Positions 56,101 through 61,416 of a DNA stretch of 61,416 nucleotides are shown here, piece by piece (the stretch's first letter is position 1; each line of letters opens with the position of its first letter). The translations under genes and the position numbers were made by a program. This DNA comes from Alphaproteobacteria bacterium (GTDB taxonomy: Bacteria > Pseudomonadota > Alphaproteobacteria > Paracaedibacterales > CAITNM01), in contig CANJXJ010000003.1 of assembly GCA_947478955.1 (NCBI GenBank), positions 1 through 61,416 on the forward strand, read 5' to 3'. The notes below the pieces were generated by a model. The model did no database searches and was not told the DNA's origin. It worked only from the letters and a program-made list of their open reading frames with translations.

Positions 56101-56534
56101 TGTTACTTAACACTACCGTTCGTACCGGTAAAAAGGGGCAAAAATATGCATTTCTAAGCTTGTCAGACCAAGAAGGTACGTATGAGGTTACCTTGTTTAG
56201 TGAAATATACAGTCAATCGATTGATTTATTGAAAGAAGGAAATCTCCTAGCCATTGAAGTATTAATTAAAAAAGATAACGAACAACTGCGCTTAACAGCG
56301 AATAAAATTTATAACCTCAACGACCTGCAGCCTTTTACCAGCATTAGTTTGAAAGTTAATAACGATAAATCAATTAAAGGTTTGCTCGATGAAATTCAAG
56401 CATTGCCTGCAGGCTCGTGCGAGGTACTACTTGAATTATCCCCAGATGCCATAGGCATTCCAGCTACCGTTAGCTTAGGCAAATATGCTATTAACACTCA
56501 TGTGTATCATCAGCTGATGGCTTGGTGTGGTTAA
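53124..56534 (+). CDS. dnaE: DNA polymerase III alpha subunit
   Basis: PHP domain FVHLRVHSAYSLAEGA, GPGRGSGAGSLVAWSLTIT, FDFLGLKTL, and a C-terminal OB fold; 1136 aa. Confidence 0.97.
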   Translation: MANFVHLRVHSAYSLAEGAIKVKALPQLCQQHNQPAIAITDTNNLFGALESALLCASSGIQPIIGCELSVQFVDTTGPLVLLVASAQGYANLLDIVSYLYLGAPSEQGKPYVPFEYLESRAEGLIALTGGVEGIWGQLEAKNLNAEEKDKTHEADIFLNRLKESFPDHLYVEIQRHGTLAEQELEDIFIEKAYTHTLPLVATNNVYFPDPSYFEAHDALLCIASGSYVVQDDRRRVTPHHYFKSSAEMTELFKDIPEAIQNTIHIAKRCRFMPTVHSPILPRFDSENGRSEEEELVFQAQEGLEKRLQEEVFARFTDSEQEQTRKLYQDRLDYEIGIIKHMGFCGYFLIVADFIKWAKGQGIPVGPGRGSGAGSLVAWSLTITDMDPIQFTLIFERFLNPERVSMPDFDVDFCQDRRDEVIRYVQQKYGNDRVAHIITFGKLQARAVLRDVGRVLQIPYPVVDRICKMVPNNPASPVTLEQAIEMEPAIRQACDDDEAIAKMVEIGKKLEGLYRHASTHAAGVVISDRSLTTLVPLFKDESSALPATQFNMKYVELAGLVKFDFLGLKTLSIIEHASQIVRDSITNPLPDFIIQTIPLDDAKTFELLCNVNVVGVFQLESAGMRDVLRKLRPDRFEDLIALVALYRPGPMDDIPRYLACKHGQEAVTFLNPSLEPILAPTYGVMVYQEQVMQIAQVLGGYTLGAADMLRRAMGKKIKSEMDAQREQFVNGAIERGAKPQIASQIFDQMAKFAGYGFNKSHSAPYALLAYQTAYLKANYPVAFFAASMTADMHNTDKINAYNQDMIRMGMTLLPPDINHSFANFTAEGGAVRFGLGALKNVGGQVIDAITQVRGDEPFSTMTNFIERATASHLSKRLLENLIGAGAFDCLEPNRRALYEAIEHISYIASKKANGAKSAQRSLFGGSVDNAIVFKLPDVPKWDGLTSLQKEFDSLGFYLSDHPLNAYKQQIEQLQLTPSSMFATISNGNIRVAGVLLNTTVRTGKKGQKYAFLSLSDQEGTYEVTLFSEIYSQSIDLLKEGNLLAIEVLIKKDNEQLRLTANKIYNLNDLQPFTSISLKVNNDKSIKGLLDEIQALPAGSCEVLLELSPDAIGIPATVSLGKYAINTHVYHQLMAWCG

Positions 56535-59500
56535 TCAGTAACCAAAAATGTAAGAAATGTTCTGACACAATCAAGCATATACTCGCTTTCACCAGGTACC
56601 AGCATCTTTCTCAAGTCGGCTTTAGCTACTTCATCAGTTGTAAAGCCTGCTTTTACTTCATCTTTTACCCTTTCTAAACGTTCTGCTAGTAAATCTCTAA
56701 TATATCCCTTGCCATCGCTAGAGTAGCGAAATTTCCATGTGCCATAACTGCCAAACGCATTAACGATTTGTACTGGGGATAATAATAATACTGATTCAGC
56801 ACATAATTTCCTGGTTAATGTATCTAAGGATCCTGGTGGGTAATCCCCTGGGACTTGCATTCCAGCAGTAGCAAATAGAGCGACCGCAGGCGCCGTCATT
56901 CTTTCGGGCTCAGCTAAGGCAGCTTCAAAGGCTGGTTGAATATAAGGTTGCAGTAGATCTTTAAACCACTCTAAGCTCCTTGTGTTCAGCACATCAACAC
57001 TTTTAAGCATAAAATCAATAGCTGATGCAGATGTGGGAAACAATTCTGCCCTTAAAGCCGAAATTGCAGCTTCGCCAGTATAAGCACCAGGTAAACCAAC
57101 CAGGTCTGCCATTTTGAAATTAAAAGAAGGAGATTTTAACATCGCCAGGCGCTCACCTTCATCCAAGGCAGAAAACCACTCAGCAACTTCGGCTGGAACG
57201 GTCTTTATGGTTGCAAGCTTGCCTTTTTGGTGTGCCAAATAATACAAATGACGGTGTAATTCTCTTTTTTCAGCTGGTGAAAATTTAGTGTTCTCTTCTA
57301 TGTGATCAAGGTATTTAAAACCTTCTAGTATCACATCGCTCAACAATGGATTGCCAAGACATTCGTGAACTTTAGGAACTGATATGCCTCTTAGCATCCA
57401 GCACACTGAACGGGGCTCAAAATTGGTGTAGCCATTTCGCATGATACTTACGATGTCATCCGCCTGTTCATCTTCTTTACCAGTAACAGGAACAGCAATT
57501 AGTTGATTCAAAAATTCCTTCCAGGTGTTGTCAACAAGATCAACACTATTAAAAATTTCATATATTTGGTATGCCCGATGGGGTACTTGTTCATGATCAT
57601 CTTTATCTTCTGTGACTAAAGAGAATCCAAAGTCAGCCCCAAAAGCCTTTAACTGGTCAAGAATCGCTGCTTTTCCATGCAGGTCTACAAGTTTTCTGAG
57701 TATATCTTGCGCAGCAATTCTTGAAATGCCTGTTGTAGTATGAGGGACAGTTTGTGAAAGTTGTATTTTGGTGGAGCGAAATATTTTAAGAAGTGCATCC
57801 CTCTCATGGTAAATACTATCCTCAGTTACGCCTGCAGCAGTAAATCCAGCAACAACGGCACTCCATCTGGCTGTATTTACGTTATCAAGCAAGCCTGAAC
57901 TTAAAAAAGTTCCAATATTTCCGGTCGCAATTAGGTTGCTCCAAAAAGCAGGTGGAAGTTTTGAATAATCAGTTCGGGTGGCAATATTTTTTAGAAATTT
58001 AAAGGTGTCCCCAGTTTTTGGGACACCCATTAACTGTTGTATAGTTAGTTTATAAAATTCACCTGAAAAGCGTTTTTCTTTAGCAACAGCTGCAGCATCA
58101 GGTAGAGAAACATCTGAAACTTCTTTTCTAAGGGCAATACAAAAGGGCGTAGAAATCTCGCCATTCCAGCTAAGTTTTTCTAAGTCATTTAACCCACCAA
58201 AGCATAATAGGCCGGATAAGGCAAAAGGTGTATCGGTAGAATGTATGTTACTTCCAGAAAGAAGGTTATATTTCTTACCCCCTGCTATGATTGTCTTAAG
58301 AGCCATACGGTGGCGGATAGCAGTCATGGCCATGTAATCGGTAACGGTGAAAAATCTAGTTTTCCCTGAAATAATATCAACAGCTTCAAATTGTGTGTTA
58401 TGGGTGCGTGGGTCACTTAAATACACTTCCATTGCTTCGCGATCACCTTGAGGAACAGCGGCCTTAAATTGCTCAAGTGAAACTGGAGCAGGAGCAACTT
58501 TTATGTCAAGTTGGTTTTTGATAATTTCCTGGAGATGTCGATGGGCGATATTAAAATCATGGAACGACCGAACGGGTAATTCAGTGCCGTGTAACTGGTC
58601 ACCAATAGCATCAAGAGTTAAACGTTTAACGTCATCTTCTCTAGTAGCGTCAGCAGGGCTTTGTGGGTAAAAGTGGGTTTTTACTAAGGTTGGATCTTGG
58701 CCTGCGAATACGCGAACCTCAAAATCATGCAAATTAAAGGGGCGTAACCCGTTAGGCACTTGTTCATGATAGACTGCGATATTGCGTTCCATGGCAACGC
58801 TATGGCCAGCACGAATGTGCGTCATGAATCGCAAAACGTGAGGCAATTCTTTCATCCAGGCATTATCACTTTCTTCTAAATCATGATAAATGCTAACAAC
58901 AGTACCATCGGGTAGTTGTCTATCTGCAAATGAAAGAGGATGGTTAAAAAACCATCCTGAAATGGCTAATTCGCGTTCGACAGATTCTGGAGCAACAAAT
59001 AGTTGTCGTAAAACTCCCACGCGGCGTCTTGCTGAAACTATAGGAGCTGTATCTGAATCTTCACCAGAAGCTAAGCAAGAACCTGCTACTACAATCGGTG
59101 GTTCAGGGTCATCTACAAAATATAATCTTTCATAAAAAGCATAAAGTGGATCAGCCAAATCAGCTGCAGAGTCTGCACTTAGCCCTATTCCTGTTAACAC
59201 ATCTCTAAGCACGTGCTTAAGATCAAGGGAAACTTCAGAATAGCTACTTTTCCAATAGGTTAACGTACGGCATCCATCATGCTCAGGATTTCCGGTAAGA
59301 GCAGCATTTGCAGAAAGTAAAACTTCAAAAGGATTTACAAACCCTGAATCTTGTATTGCTGACTGAGCTGTATCAGTAAATGCAGAGCTTATATTACCAT
59401 AACGTCGCGCGGCCCTATCAAAGAGCCTCCAATTAACAGGCCTGTCGGGAAGCCCAAGAGCTTTGCCTAAGGCTGCATACACTGTGTTTAAAAAGTGAAC

Positions 59501-61258
59501 CTCCGCGGTGCACCCATGATGTGCGGTAAACATTTCAGGGTGTGCGCGTTCTTCTTCAAGCACAGCTGCGACAGACGCTACAAAACTTGGATGGGTAATC
59601 GTATCAACCGTTGCATATGAACGCATGGATGTCACTTTAGCCTTATAGGCTTCTAAAACCGCAGCTGTATCAGTCAGATCACCAGGTGCACCTAACAAAT
59701 GGAGTAATTGAGCATCGGTCATAGTTGGTAATGTACCAAACGGAAAGGTAACTGGAACAACAGTTGGTGTTTCAGCTGCTTTAAGAACCGTAATTTCACG
59801 GGAGTATTTTTGCACATATAATACTTTCCCTTCTTCCAGGGGAAGTATTTTTAGGTGAGGTTTTTCTAGGCGTACTTGTGGTGCCTTTAACGCAAGAGCC
59901 CCTGAACGCAATTCCTGTAACATTATAGAACGTAATGTATATTGTTTCATTAATTCTTGGACATTCACATCAGTAGATTCTACGCGCCAAGCGTTTGGTG
60001 AACCAACCAATGGGTGAATATTTTCGGCCTTTGCTGGGCGATGGAACAAACGGATTTGCACAGGTAGCGTAGATACTACAGGGGCTGAAGCCGGAGACGC
60101 TGAAGCCAATGCAGACGACACAGCCACGTCGCTTTCCTCATCATCAGAAGTGCTTTCTTGAATAGCCTCTGAATCAAACGCCAAAATTTGTGCTAGTTGA
60201 CGTTGTCTTTGCTCTACATTGCTCTTGGCAATTCTTTTAGCAAATAGTTCAACACGAGCGGTGACATCACCTTCGTCATCAATCATTGAGTCATCAATTT
60301 CAGGGTCAGCTTCGTGAACTAAAAAATGTGCACTTAACACTCCACCATGCACTAATCGCCAATCTTGAAAGCCTTGTTTAGTAAACACAATTTGTGAAAA
60401 AGTATGTGTATTAAAAAGAACAGGTTCTGGTGATACAGCTACAGAAGCAGAAGCAGCGGATGAACTAAAAATGGGAGCAGAGAAAGAGTCTTGGGGTTTC
60501 TGTAATAAAGTTTTCCTAACTTCGCTTTGTTGAAGTAGTACAAAAAATGGCACACTGAAGTGTTCTTTCTTGACTGCAGCACTTAAGGATTCAACCCTAA
60601 GCGCTTCTAGTGTGTATAGCCCGAGCACTTGCCCAAATATCCCGGGAACTTCCATGGCTAATAAATTACTAGCTAGAACCCATTGATATTGTGATACTTC
60701 ACGGCTACCTTCTCGGGTTGGTCCTTGGTCAGCATCTTTTTCAACTGCCGGCATAAACATTGTATCCATCATTTTGAAAAAGATTGTATGTCGGCGAACA
60801 CCCTTATCACCAAAAGGTGATTTAGCCATATCGATTTGATGCGAAGATCCTGCCAATAGCTCAGTTGCTAATAACTCGTCTGCTAATTGCTTCTCTTCGT
60901 CGGTGGTTATTTTTTGAACTGCTGTAGTGATTATTTGACCTGCAGTTTCTTCACGTAGCTCACGCGCAGCAGCTAAAGCAACGGCCCCTACATGTCTCCC
61001 ACGGGCAGCAGCTAAAGTAGCGTTTTCGCGATCTTTTGCTTCTACTTTTCCGCCAAAATCTCCCCAAGATGGGGCGTCATAATCTGTATCTTTATAAGTT
61101 TTTTTAGACAACAGGACCCAGCGACGTCCCAATCCATCAACATGGCAAGGTAGCACACTTGCGCTTTCAAAATCGGGTTTCCACGGAAGAGGATTTGCCC
61201 ACGCTACTTGCTGAAAAATAAAGGCAAAAAGGACAATAAAGTTTAGAATTTTACGCAT
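56531..61258 (-). CDS. Giant (1575-aa) signal-peptide protein with N-terminal Nudix-like domain; remainder unassigned
   Basis: Signal MRKILNFIVLFAFIFQQVAWA. The segment RRWVLLSKK....SWGDFGGKVEAKD...[insert]...AAARELREETAGQI resembles the Nudix pattern vLL.kR...W.fPGGk.E...AA.REl.EEtG with an insertion of about 18 aa. Ser/Ala-rich linkers follow, and I recognised no other motif. The stop overlaps the dnaE stop. Confidence 0.7.
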   Translation of the reverse strand: MRKILNFIVLFAFIFQQVAWANPLPWKPDFESASVLPCHVDGLGRRWVLLSKKTYKDTDYDAPSWGDFGGKVEAKDRENATLAAARGRHVGAVALAAARELREETAGQIITTAVQKITTDEEKQLADELLATELLAGSSHQIDMAKSPFGDKGVRRHTIFFKMMDTMFMPAVEKDADQGPTREGSREVSQYQWVLASNLLAMEVPGIFGQVLGLYTLEALRVESLSAAVKKEHFSVPFFVLLQQSEVRKTLLQKPQDSFSAPIFSSSAASASVAVSPEPVLFNTHTFSQIVFTKQGFQDWRLVHGGVLSAHFLVHEADPEIDDSMIDDEGDVTARVELFAKRIAKSNVEQRQRQLAQILAFDSEAIQESTSDDEESDVAVSSALASASPASAPVVSTLPVQIRLFHRPAKAENIHPLVGSPNAWRVESTDVNVQELMKQYTLRSIMLQELRSGALALKAPQVRLEKPHLKILPLEEGKVLYVQKYSREITVLKAAETPTVVPVTFPFGTLPTMTDAQLLHLLGAPGDLTDTAAVLEAYKAKVTSMRSYATVDTITHPSFVASVAAVLEEERAHPEMFTAHHGCTAEVHFLNTVYAALGKALGLPDRPVNWRLFDRAARRYGNISSAFTDTAQSAIQDSGFVNPFEVLLSANAALTGNPEHDGCRTLTYWKSSYSEVSLDLKHVLRDVLTGIGLSADSAADLADPLYAFYERLYFVDDPEPPIVVAGSCLASGEDSDTAPIVSARRRVGVLRQLFVAPESVERELAISGWFFNHPLSFADRQLPDGTVVSIYHDLEESDNAWMKELPHVLRFMTHIRAGHSVAMERNIAVYHEQVPNGLRPFNLHDFEVRVFAGQDPTLVKTHFYPQSPADATREDDVKRLTLDAIGDQLHGTELPVRSFHDFNIAHRHLQEIIKNQLDIKVAPAPVSLEQFKAAVPQGDREAMEVYLSDPRTHNTQFEAVDIISGKTRFFTVTDYMAMTAIRHRMALKTIIAGGKKYNLLSGSNIHSTDTPFALSGLLCFGGLNDLEKLSWNGEISTPFCIALRKEVSDVSLPDAAAVAKEKRFSGEFYKLTIQQLMGVPKTGDTFKFLKNIATRTDYSKLPPAFWSNLIATGNIGTFLSSGLLDNVNTARWSAVVAGFTAAGVTEDSIYHERDALLKIFRSTKIQLSQTVPHTTTGISRIAAQDILRKLVDLHGKAAILDQLKAFGADFGFSLVTEDKDDHEQVPHRAYQIYEIFNSVDLVDNTWKEFLNQLIAVPVTGKEDEQADDIVSIMRNGYTNFEPRSVCWMLRGISVPKVHECLGNPLLSDVILEGFKYLDHIEENTKFSPAEKRELHRHLYYLAHQKGKLATIKTVPAEVAEWFSALDEGERLAMLKSPSFNFKMADLVGLPGAYTGEAAISALRAELFPTSASAIDFMLKSVDVLNTRSLEWFKDLLQPYIQPAFEAALAEPERMTAPAVALFATAGMQVPGDYPPGSLDTLTRKLCAESVLLLSPVQIVNAFGSYGTWKFRYSSDGKGYIRDLLAERLERVKDEVKAGFTTDEVAKADLRKMLVPGESEYMLDCVRTFLTFLVTD

Positions 61259-61416
61259 GTTGATTTATTAGAACCCTCTGCAAAATTCTCTGCCAAAGTA
61301 TAAAAAGCTGGTGAATGAGGATATGAGATATGTTAGATAAGACTTAAGGATTTTAAGTATTACGATTAAGTTTATGACATCATTTTTAGACCTGATTCGC
61401 CGTTCCCCAAAAGCCA

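Noticed and set aside
61376-61416. Possible start of a plus-strand CDS (MTSFLDLIRRSPKA...)
   Set aside because: Only 13 codons are visible, there is no clear Shine-Dalgarno sequence, and the call cannot be supported from the window.

Overview
The window reads as a moderately AT-rich alphaproteobacterial chromosome segment, most likely from an obligate intracellular Rickettsiales- or Holosporales-like symbiont. This placement is inference from gene content: a GTA-type terminase, coq7, psd-pssA, a ProP-like MFS transporter, a SpoT-like HD fragment and palindromic repeat elements. Most of the window is a housekeeping backbone with recognisable motifs: glmS, dsbB, coq7, xerC-like, parAB-rsmG, hslO, holC, pheST, secA, psd-pssA, pgk, rseP-bamA-skp-lpxD, asnB, gltA, dnaE, tRNA-Tyr and tRNA-Glu. 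Interspersed with it are accessory or surface-associated genes that I could not assign to known families:

- Two paralogous type Va autotransporters with six-bladed beta-propeller passengers (one NHL-type, one frameshifted).
- A tandem pair of 220-228 aa secreted/membrane paralogs that share a conserved 5' leader.
- A 1575-aa signal-peptide protein whose N-terminus resembles a Nudix fold with an interrupted Nudix box.
- An orphan PilB/GspE-type ATPase.
- An orphan GTA large terminase.
- A stand-alone truncated ATP synthase epsilon-like gene.
- A DEAD-box (DETD variant) helicase with a long RGG/GGF-repeat tail built from recent tandem duplication.

A family of palindromic elements (core GTCATTCCCGCGAAGGCGGGAATCC) occurs at least five times. 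One copy is a 66-nt in-frame insertion inside pheT, analogous to Rickettsia palindromic elements. I saw no CRISPR array, rRNA gene or intact transposase. All product calls come from motif recognition by eye, and no database search was possible.
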